Part shown: positions 9,327 to 18,000 of the stretch, piece after piece
How the letters are laid out: every line of letters starts with the position of its first letter
How positions within the stretch are numbered: position 1 is the first letter of the stretch
Assembly: GCA_009861545.1 (NCBI GenBank)
Contig: VXME01000076.1
Span: forward strand, 75,325-139,324
From: Acidobacteriota bacterium
Lineage (GTDB): Bacteria; Acidobacteriota; Vicinamibacteria; Vicinamibacterales; UBA8438
Direction: 5' to 3'
DNA length: 64,000 bases
Program-made: the position numbers and the translations under genes
Notes under the pieces: generated by a model
Told to the model about the DNA's origin: nothing
What the model saw: the letters and a program-made list of their open reading frames with translations, nothing else
The model's database searches: none

Positions 9327-10649
9327 ATGATCGACCGCATCGTCGTCGAGAACTTCAAGAGCCTGCGGCGGGTGGATCTGCGCCTGGGGCGAATGAACCT
9401 GTTCGTCGGCGCCAATGCCAGCGGCAAGTCGAACTTCCTCGACCTGCTCCGCGTGCTGCAGGGTATCGGCAACGGCTTCACCATCAGCGAGATTCTGGAC
9501 GGCAAGCCGCGGAGCGCGACCAGCGCGGTGTGGGACGGCATCCGCGGCGGAAGCCGCCGGGCCTGCTTCGCGAGTGCCGCCGAGGGCCTCGGCGGCGGTG
9601 ACGTGACCATCGAGGTGCATGGCAGGTTCGCGGGTGGCCCTGATTCGCCCCGGGTCGGAGTGCAGGAGCCGGATTCCCAGGGTGAGCTCGCATCGAATTG
9701 GGAACTCTTGATCGCATTCTCGCCGACGACGAGGGGCGTGACCCGAGAGCGCTTCAAGGTGGACACTGTCATCTACGACACCGATCGCGTCGAGGGCTTC
9801 TCGGAGAAGGACGCGAAGCTACGGATCTGGTGCCCGGTCGAAGGCTCACAAGGCTGGTCCGTGGAGTTGCAGCGCACAAGTCCCGCATTGGGGCAGCTCC
9901 AGCGAAGAGTGTGGCGCCTCGATTCCGGGCTAAGAGACGGTGCGTCATCGGAGCAGTCGGAAGAAGCGTGTGGAGCTTGCCGGTACCTCGCTCGCGGGGT
10001 GGCCAGGTTGCTGGCGAACATCCAACCGATAGAGCCTGAATTGTCGATGCTGCGCGCCTATTCGCAGGTTGCCGAGGTGCAGCGCATGGGCGAACGCGGC
10101 GAGGACTTCGCGGCCCTCGTTCAGACCCTATGTAAGGACGACAGGACGAAGGACGCCTACCTGTCCTGGCTTCGCCAGCTTCGTCCCGAGGAGGTCGATG
10201 ACGTCGGCGTGCGGCAGGGCGCCATGGGCGAGCCGCTGTTCGTATTGAAGGAGAACGGCCGGGAGTTCCCCGCGGCAATCCTCAGCGACGGCACCCTGCG
10301 CTTCGCGGCGCTCGCGGCCGCGTTCTTCCAGCCGGACATGCCCGATCTGATGACGATAGAAGAGATCGAGAACGGGATTCACGCGAATCGTGCGCGACTG
10401 CTGCTGGAACTGCTGCGCAGCCAGTCTGCGGCGGCGAATACGCAGGTGGTCGCAACGACACATTCGGCGGCGGTGCTCGACTGGCTTGAGGAAGAGGACT
10501 ATCGGACGACGTTCGTCTGCAGGCGGGACGAGGAGACGGGCGAGTCGCGGATTCGTGCGCTGGCGGACGTGCCGCGTTTCATCGACGTTGTGAAGAGGAA
10601 GCCGGTTTCCGAGCTGCTCTCGGAGGGCTGGCTGGAAGCGGCGCTGTGA
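9327..10649 (+). CDS. ABC-type AAA family ATPase (AAA_15/AAA_21-like, defence-associated type)
   Basis: Start ATG 9327 (MIDRIVVENFKSLRRVDL). Walker A GANASGKSN, signature-like LSDGTLRFAALAAAF and Walker B-like LMTIEEIENGIH are present. The stop overlaps the next start (GTGA at 10646-10649). Confidence 0.85.
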   Translation: MIDRIVVENFKSLRRVDLRLGRMNLFVGANASGKSNFLDLLRVLQGIGNGFTISEILDGKPRSATSAVWDGIRGGSRRACFASAAEGLGGGDVTIEVHGRFAGGPDSPRVGVQEPDSQGELASNWELLIAFSPTTRGVTRERFKVDTVIYDTDRVEGFSEKDAKLRIWCPVEGSQGWSVELQRTSPALGQLQRRVWRLDSGLRDGASSEQSEEACGACRYLARGVARLLANIQPIEPELSMLRAYSQVAEVQRMGERGEDFAALVQTLCKDDRTKDAYLSWLRQLRPEEVDDVGVRQGAMGEPLFVLKENGREFPAAILSDGTLRFAALAAAFFQPDMPDLMTIEEIENGIHANRARLLLELLRSQSAAANTQVVATTHSAAVLDWLEEEDYRTTFVCRRDEETGESRIRALADVPRFIDVVKRKPVSELLSEGWLEAAL

Positions 10650-11220
10650 GCTTCCGCGTACTCGTCATCCCGGAAGATCCGACTTGGAACGGGTACATCC
10701 TGAAGCCCCTGACCAAGAAGTTGATGGAGAGCGCGGGGAAAACCCAAGGCCAGGATAGAAGTGCTGTCCAAGCCGCACCTCCGCGGCTATGCGGACGCGC
10801 TGCGGGCCATTCGTGAGGAACTTCCCGACGGCTACGGATTTCTTCGACCTCTGGTTGTTCTTTCCTGACGCCGACCGCGCGGGGGAAGACGCAATGGCAC
10901 GCCTGGAGGCTGACATCCAAGCCAGAGGTATCGCGCTGCTCTGCTGTCCCGCAGAGCCGGAGGTCGAGATCTACGTCTGCGTCGGGTTTCAGGACGATCT
11001 GCCGGGCGGTTGGCAGGATGCTCGCAGGCATCCTCGGATGAAGGAGGAAGTCTTCGGGCCGCTGCTGCAGAGGCACGGCGATCCAAGGCGGGCGGGCGGC
11101 GGCAGAGACCAGATGATCGAGAGGTCGCTTCAGAACCTGCAACGGCTGTTTCAGTTGTGTCCCGAGACGCAGCGGCTGCGAGATCGGATCGCGGCGCACG
11201 TCGAGGCGGCTGATGCATAA
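10646..11220 (+). pseudogene. TOPRIM-like (DUF4276-like) partner of the AAA ATPase, disrupted by two +1 frame shifts
   Basis: Sensible protein is only obtained by joining three frames: VSFRVLVIPEDPTWNGYILKPLTKKLMESAGK / KARIEVLSKPHLRGYADALRAIREELPDGYGF / (F)DLWLFFPDADRAGEDAMARLEA...AAHVEAADA. The shifts fall near 10735-10745 (G4A4C3 run) and 10839-10845 (TTTCTTC). The E...DxD pattern (IPED; PDAD) is TOPRIM-like. Confidence 0.6.
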
Positions 11221-11228
11221 TTGCAGCG

Positions 11229-12848
11229 ATGACCATGAAGATTCCCACGTTGCGGTGCCTCGTTTTCCTCGTGACGGTCTCGGTGCTCGGCACCGCCGCG
11301 GCCGCCGCCCAGGACCTGCGGATCGTGACCGCCGCCGCGGATCAGGACCGGGAGGCGGTGCTCGCGCTCCTCGATGAGGGGATCGACGTCAACACGGCAC
11401 GGCCCGACGGCGTGACCGCACTGCTCTGGGCGGCGCACCGGGACGACGTCGAGCTGGCGGAGCGGTTGCTCGCCGCCGGTGCCGACGTGAACGCGTCCGA
11501 CGACCACGGCGTGACCGCTCTGGAGCGCGCGGCCGAGAACGCGAGCGTCGCCATGGTCGAGACGCTGTTGGCGGCGGGCGCCGACGTCGACGCGGCGCAG
11601 ACCAGCGGGCTCACCCCCCTGATGACCGCTGCGCGAACCGGCGGCGCCGATGTGGTGCGCCGGCTCATCGCGGGCGGGGCGGACGCCAACGCCGCGGTGA
11701 CCGCGACCGGGAGCACGGCGCTGATGTGGGCGGTCTCGGAACGGCATCCCGAGGTCGTGCGGCTGCTGCTCGCCGCGGGCGCCGACCCGCGCGCCTCGAC
11801 GCTAAAGGGGTTCACGCCGCTGATGTACGCGGCCCGCAACGGCGACATCGCCGCCGCGGCGACGCTCATCGCGGCCGGCAGCGACGTCAACGAGCCGAGC
11901 GCCGACGGCACTCACGTGCTGCCGTTCTCGATAGTCAGCGGCCAGGACGCGTTCGCCCTGTACCTGCTGGACCAGGGCGCCGACCCCAACGGCGAGATGG
12001 GCGGCGTCTCCGCCCTGCACGCGGCGGCCGGCAACGTCAGTCCGTGGCTTCTCGAGTGGTATCGCCGCCACGGCCGCAACCGTCTCTATGCCGGTCTCGG
12101 GGGCGTGCGGTTGAGCGCGGCTCGCCGCCTTGCCCTGGTGGAGGCGCTGCTCGAGCGCGGGGCCGATCCGAACGGCCGGATCACCGCGTGGGCGATGATC
12201 ATGAACTACATCGGCTATCCGCGTAAGGGCGCCTTCGAACCCTTCGCCTGCGGTACCGGCGACCTTCGCGGCGCGACCCCGCTATGGGTGGCGGCCTACG
12301 ACATGAACGGCGCGCGGGGGCAGGCACACGTCTTCGCGGTGATGCCGAGCGCTACGACGACCGGCGTCGAGGTCATGCGGGCGTTGCTCGATGCGGGCGC
12401 CGACCTGCACCTGACGACCAGTGACGGGACGACTCCCCTGATGGCGGCGGCGGGTCTCGGCCCCGCCACCTACACGCCGCGCGAGCCCCGCGGCGTGCGA
12501 GCCCGCAGCTCGGAGCGCGCGGTCGAGTTCCTGCACCGCGCCGGCGCGGACATCAACGCCACCAACGAGGCGAACTTCACGGCGCTTCACGGCGCGGCGT
12601 TCCGCGGCATGAACGAGGTCATCGAGTACCTGGTGCAGAATGGCGCGGACATCGACGCCCGCGACTTCCGGGGCAGGACCGCCTACCGCATGGCCGAGGG
12701 CTCGAAGCAGTCGTTCCAGTTCCAGAGCTGGCCCGAGACGGCGGCGCTCCTCGCCCGGCTGGGGGCCAACACCGAGCTCGGGATCCCCGGCACGGTCCAG
12801 GAACGGCTGCGCGACATCCCGGTCGACGCCGCGAACGACCAGCCGTGA
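11229..12848 (+). CDS. secreted ankyrin-repeat protein (paralogue of 1324..2871)
   Basis: Signal MTMKIPTLRCLVFLVTVSVLGTAAAAAQ. Has repeated ANK units and a C-terminal region collinear with the first ankyrin protein (..FTALHGAAFRGMNEVIEYLVQNGADI..). Confidence 0.9.
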   Translation: MTMKIPTLRCLVFLVTVSVLGTAAAAAQDLRIVTAAADQDREAVLALLDEGIDVNTARPDGVTALLWAAHRDDVELAERLLAAGADVNASDDHGVTALERAAENASVAMVETLLAAGADVDAAQTSGLTPLMTAARTGGADVVRRLIAGGADANAAVTATGSTALMWAVSERHPEVVRLLLAAGADPRASTLKGFTPLMYAARNGDIAAAATLIAAGSDVNEPSADGTHVLPFSIVSGQDAFALYLLDQGADPNGEMGGVSALHAAAGNVSPWLLEWYRRHGRNRLYAGLGGVRLSAARRLALVEALLERGADPNGRITAWAMIMNYIGYPRKGAFEPFACGTGDLRGATPLWVAAYDMNGARGQAHVFAVMPSATTTGVEVMRALLDAGADLHLTTSDGTTPLMAAAGLGPATYTPREPRGVRARSSERAVEFLHRAGADINATNEANFTALHGAAFRGMNEVIEYLVQNGADIDARDFRGRTAYRMAEGSKQSFQFQSWPETAALLARLGANTELGIPGTVQERLRDIPVDAANDQP

Positions 12849-13895
12849 CGCTGCGCGCAACGGGACGACCAAAGAAGGCGCCGCCCGGCTATCCGTGGGA
12901 GGTGGTCGGCAGCACGCCGTACGCCGAGTCGTTCGACCTCGTGGCGGCCGACGACAACCTGAGCCGCGCCACGATCGAGGGCTGGGTCCAGCGTGCCACT
13001 GCCGAGGCCTTGTTCGAGATGGCGGGGCTCGACTTCGAGGAGGCGAAGCAGCAGGCGGCCTACCGCACGTTCGAGCCCATTCCGCTCGGGGTGACCGGGT
13101 CGCTGCGGATTCGGAACGAGCTGCGGCGCATCGACTCGCAGAACGTCATTGCGAAGATCGAGGGCAGCGGGGCCCCCGACGAGGTCGTCATGTACGTCGC
13201 CCACTGGGACCACATGGGCGTCGACCCGAGCCTGGAAGGCGATCAGATCTTCAACGGGGCGGCCGACAACGCCACCGGCACCGCCGGGCTCATCGAGATC
13301 GCGCGCGCGTTCACCCATGCGGAGGAGCCGCCGCGCCGGTCGATTCTGTTCCTCGCGGTGACGGCCGAGGAGCAGGGCCTGCTCGGATCGCGGCACTACG
13401 GGGAGAACCCGCTCTACCCGGCCGCGCAGACCGTCGCCGCGATCAATATGGACGTCCTCAACCAGTGGGGTCGGACGCGCGACATGACCATCGTCGGGGT
13501 GGGCCAGTCGGAGCTGGACGACGTGGCCGCCGACGTGGCCGCGCGCCTCGGACGCACCCTGGCGCCGGATCCGGAACCGGAGAAGGGCTTTCTACTACCG
13601 GTCGGACCACTTTTCGTTCGCCAAGGCGGGCATCCCCGCGTTCTACGGCGACCCCGGCGTGGAGTACATCGACAAGCCGGAGGGCTACGGCATCGAGAAG
13701 CGCACGGAGTACACGGTGAACGACTACCACAAGGTGTCGGACGAGGTGAAGCCCGACTGGGACCTGTCGGGGGCGCTCGAGGACCTGACGTTCATGTACC
13801 ACATGGGCGCCCGGCTCGCGGCGACCGACGAGTGGCCGGTGTGGAGCGAGACCAGCGAGTTCCGGGCGATCAGGGAGGCGCAGCGGCCGCAGTAG
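12845..13895 (+). pseudogene. M28 family metallopeptidase remnant (5'-truncated, one frameshift)
   Basis: M28 motifs VMYVAHWDHMG, NGAADNATG and FLAVTAEEQGLLGS are present. The frame changes at TTT 13589-13591, where EKGF|[20 protein letters not shown] continues in the 13659..13895 frame. There is no signal peptide or N-terminal/PA region. The ORF begins at a GTG overlapping the ankyrin stop. Confidence 0.75.
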
Positions 13896-13950
13896 GGACG
13901 GGAGCGCCGACCGGGACGGCGTGAAATCGCGCTGCCCCGAGTCGGTCGCC

Positions 13951-15048
13951 TCAGCGGACCCGATGGCTGAGGCGGCGCCAGAAATCCGCTTCGTCGGTCG
14001 CGGCCAGCGCCGCCGCCGTCACCGTATCTCGCGGCGTGTCGACGAGGGTCGGTGCGCGCTGCATGAACGCGTCCGACACCCGCTTTCCGCGCGCTTGCAG
14101 CAGGCTCTGCACGGTCGCCGCCAGTTCCTCGGCGCGACCTTTCGCGAGGCCTTCCGCGTGACCCTGTGCAACGCCTTCCGCGCGGCCCTTTGCGACACCT
14201 TCGGCACGACCCTGCGCGACGCCTTCCGCCAGCTTGCGTTCGCCCAGCACGCGCCACAGCGGATCGTCGTCGGGACCGGTTCCCTCCCGCTCGCCGAGCG
14301 TCCGTCCCACGCGCTCCAGCACCCGGTAGGTCGCGGCCGACGACACCAGCTCGGTCAATGCGGCGTGGATTTCCTTCGCCGTCCAGCCCGGAAACGCCCC
14401 GCTCGTCCGCGCGTACTGGAACCGGCCGTTCACCAGCCGATGAATCGTCAACCCGGCGGGACGCCGCCGCGTGGCCCCCGGCGGCACGACCACCCACAGC
14501 TCGGGGAAGCCCCACGCCTCGTAGAGCAGCAGCTTGCCGGGTCGCACGTCGGTTGTATGGTCCACCTCGAGCACCACGTCCGGGAAGTCGTTCTCGCCGA
14601 TAATCAGGGACTTCACGGGCGTCGCAGCGCGCGTCGGGTGCAGGTAGAGCGTCTCGTCGGCCTCCATCGCCCGCTGGGCCCGGCCGTCGGCATCCCGCAC
14701 CAGCAGGGTGACCGATCCGTACGAGATGATCGGCGTGCCGCGCACCGAGGCGATTCGTTCCGCCAGGTGGGGTAGCCGCCGCGAGGTTCCTTCGTGAACG
14801 CCGTACTTGTCGGCAACCACCCAGGCGGTCCCGGTCCGGGCGTCCCAGTGCTCGATGCGGTCGTCGAAATCCGCGAACTCCTCCCGCGTGAGCGAGATGG
14901 GCTGGCAGCCCGGGAACCGGAGCGCCTCGTAGTCCACCGACTCGCCGCGCGGCGGGTCAGAGGCCGTTGCGTCTGGTGTTTGTGTTCCGTCGCCGCCGCG
15001 CGCGGACAGCGGCGGCAGGTCCGCGTGAGGCATTCCCCATGTTAGCAC
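13951..15048 (-). CDS. Uma2-family (DUF820) PD-(D/E)xK endonuclease fused to a DUF4351-like C-terminal repeat/helical domain
   Basis: Uma2-like core ..PDVVLEVDHTTD..., then the repeats AEGVAQGR/AEGVAKGR/AEGVAQGH/AEGLAKGR and a C-terminal helical tail. Alternative start ATG at 15033. Confidence 0.75.
   Translation of the reverse strand: MLTWGMPHADLPPLSARGGDGTQTPDATASDPPRGESVDYEALRFPGCQPISLTREEFADFDDRIEHWDARTGTAWVVADKYGVHEGTSRRLPHLAERIASVRGTPIISYGSVTLLVRDADGRAQRAMEADETLYLHPTRAATPVKSLIIGENDFPDVVLEVDHTTDVRPGKLLLYEAWGFPELWVVVPPGATRRRPAGLTIHRLVNGRFQYARTSGAFPGWTAKEIHAALTELVSSAATYRVLERVGRTLGEREGTGPDDDPLWRVLGERKLAEGVAQGRAEGVAKGRAEGVAQGHAEGLAKGRAEELAATVQSLLQARGKRVSDAFMQRAPTLVDTPRDTVTAAALAATDEADFWRRLSHRVR
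14134..14229 (-). repeat. 4 x 24-bp in-frame tandem repeat (AEGxAxGx octads) within the Uma2 fusion gene
   Basis: Read directly from sequence. A degenerate fifth unit lies at 14110-14133. Confidence 0.8.
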
Positions 15049-15086
15049 CGGGGGAGGCGCGTGGAATCGGAGAGAAGAGGCGCGGA

Positions 15087-18000
15087 TCAGGGTGCTGAGA
15101 GTGTGGTTTTCGCCAACTCCAGGAAGCGGCAGAAGGGGTTGGCCAGGCGCATCTGTTCCGGGGTGCGGCAGTCCGGCGTGAGGAGGTCGGGACTGGCGAC
15201 GATGGCCGCCACGCAGCGGGCGCGGGAGGTGGCGACGTTGAGGCGGTGCAGGCTGTAGAGGAACGCCATCCCGCGCGGCGCCTCGTCGGCGGTCGAGGTG
15301 GCCATCGAGTAGATGGCGATCGACGCCTCCTGTCCCTGGAACTTGTCCACGGTGCCGACCCGTGCGCCTTCCGGCAGCGCCGCCCGCAGGGCTGCGACGT
15401 GCGCGTTATAGGGCGCCACGACCAGGATGTCCCGCAGCGTCAGCAGCTTCTGTTCACCTTCCTTGTCGATCCAGGCCGCGCCGGCGGCGAGCAGCTCGCC
15501 GAACAGCGCCGCGACGCGGTCGGCTTCCTCCGTTGAGGCGTTCGTGTTGCCGGCGTGCTCCACCGGTACGAAACGCAGGCCGTGTCCCGCCAGCGGGCCC
15601 GGTCCGACCACCGTCTGCCGAGCCAGCTCCGGGCGCGTGCCGAGCCGGCCCTCGTAGAACTGTTCCGTCGTGAACGCGCAGACTTCGGGGTGCATGCGCC
15701 AGGTGTGCTCGAGGAAGACGCCGCGGGACGGGCCGACGGTTGCCGATTCGCCCAGCAGGTGGCCGAGCGCCGAGACGTCGGCGCCGGGCGGGTGGACGCC
15801 CTGGATCGGCTGATCGAGCTGGCGCGGGTCGCCGAGCAGCACCAAGCTCTGCGCTGCCTGGCAGACGGCGAGGGTGTTGGCGAGGCTCATCTGGCCCGCC
15901 TCGTCGATCACCAGCACGTCCACCGCGTCGGCCATCTCCGGGCGGGACCACAGCCATGCGGTGCCGCCGGCGAGGTTGGCGTCGCCATTGGAGAGCGCCT
16001 CGGCCACTGTTTCGTTCGAGTGGGTCCGGACGATGCGTTCGTCCGGGCAGCCGTCGCCGTCGTTGGCCTTCTGGATCCCCCGGACATCGACAGCCGCGGG
16101 CTCGGCCGCCACGCCGCTTTGCTCGCGCCCGGGCCGCGCTCCTTCGCCGGGGCGCTCGTCCATCGCCCTGCACACGGCGCCGAGCAGGTTGGAGATCACC
16201 TTGTGGCTGTTGGCCGTCACGCCGACCCGCTTTCCGCCGGCCAGCAGGTCGAGGATCATCCGCGCGCCGGTGTAGGTCTTGCCGCTGCCGGGCGGTCCCT
16301 GCACCGGGAGGACGGAGCGGTCCAGCCGCGGGGCGATCCGCCGGACCGCATCCAGCGGTGCTTCTTCGGGAGCGACGAGGTTTTCGAGAGCAACGGCGTC
16401 TTCGGGAGCGGCGCCGTCCTCCAGAGGGAAGAGGCTCAGTGGATTGGCTCGAGGCTTCGCCGTCTCGAGACGCGGCGGCACGCGCCGCAGCAGGTCGAAG
16501 GCAGCACGACGCGCGCTCTCCGCCGCGAACCCGTCGGACGCCATGTCCCGGCCGAGGCGGAGCAGGCTGTCCCGCAACACCTGGCTGTTGACGGCGTCGA
16601 GCGGAACCAGTGCGGTCGGCTGGGGAACGGGCGAGTTGCGCCCGCGCTTCAGATCGATCGTGCGCTCCGCTTCGTCGAGCGCAACCACTGTCCCGCAGAA
16701 ACCCCGCTTGCGCTCGTCGGATTCGGCGGTGTCGGGGTTCTTCGGCGAGTCACCCACCTCGATCTCGTGCGTCTGCTCCGGGAAGCGGTATCGATGGACG
16801 ATCGACTTCTTGACCTGCCCCACCTCGCCCACGTAGCTGAGCGCGCCGAGCGTCGCCCGGCTGGCCACGTGCTCCTCCGCGCTGAAGCCGCAGCGGTCGA
16901 AGAACTCCCACCACATGGACTTCTCCTCGCGCCGGTGGAACTCCAGCAGGTGCGCCAGCAGCCGCCGCCCACGCTGCTCGTCGTCGAGTCCGTCGTCTCC
17001 CTCCGGCAGTCCAGCGGTGAGCGCCTCGAACAGCGCCGCGATCTCCGCCGCCGATTCCCGCTCCTGGTCGCGTTCTTCGTCCCGTACCGCGGGCCGCGGC
17101 ACTGGCTGTCCTGTCAACGCCTCCAGATCGTGCCGGCATCCCGCCAGCCACTCGGCCAGCCGCAGCGTCGACAGGCAGTCGTCGCGGTTGTAGCCCTCTA
17201 TCTCGGCGCGGAGGGCGTTCGCCGTGCCGTGCGCCTCGCCCGACTCCAGCGCCGCCTCGAACCGGACCAGCGCCCGTGTTGCGGTCGTCAGGTCGATCCG
17301 GCGCACGAAGCCGTAGAACGGCTCCAGCTTCTTGATGGAGTACCCCTCGACCGAGGCGCGCAGCCCCTGGCGGACCACCCGGTGCAGGTCGACGAAGACG
17401 CGCCCGCGCAGCAGCCGATCCACCTCTTCCTCGCGGGTGGCGTAGCGGCTCATCAGGCGCTTGACCGCGGTCGTCTCGTAGGCGCCGTAGTGGTAGATGT
17501 GGAAGCCCGGATACTCCCGCCAGCGCGCCGTGACGCGGTCGATGAAACGCTCGAACGCACGCTTCTCGGCCGGTTCGTCGAGCGCCCAGCAGCCGTCGTA
17601 TCTGCCGTGCCGATCCGCGGCCCCGAAGAGGTACTCGAACCCGCCGTTCATTGCGAAGGCATCGCCTTCGAGATCGAAGAAGAGGTCGCCCGGCGAGGTT
17701 TCCGGCAGCGCGGCGAGTCCCTTGTCTTCCTGGACCGGCGTGATCAGCTCGTGCATGCGCCGGCCTTCACGCCGTCCCTGATCCTGGATGCGCGCCTGCT
17801 CCCGGATCCGAAGCAGCGCGTCGTGGCTCACGCCGTCCGGCGGCGGAGACGCCGTCGGGTCGAGCGCCCCGAGACCCGCCATCGTCGTCACGCCCCGGTC
17901 GACCAGCTTGCGCCGCTGCCTGCGCGTGATCCCGGCGACCAGCGACAGGTGATCGTCAGTGCGTCGGCGATCCGCACAGCCCTGCTTCCAGTCGCAGAGC

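Noticed and set aside
10646-11220. Programmed ribosomal frameshifting as the explanation for the three-frame TOPRIM-like gene
   Set aside because: It would need two successive +1 events with no recognisable slippery or stimulatory elements. Decay or homopolymer sequencing error is more parsimonious.
14134-14229. Short tandem repeats (24-bp units here, 21-bp units at 2981..3085) considered as a CRISPR or other repeat array
   Set aside because: The units are contiguous without spacers, in frame, and encode peptide repeats inside ORFs. There are no cas genes.
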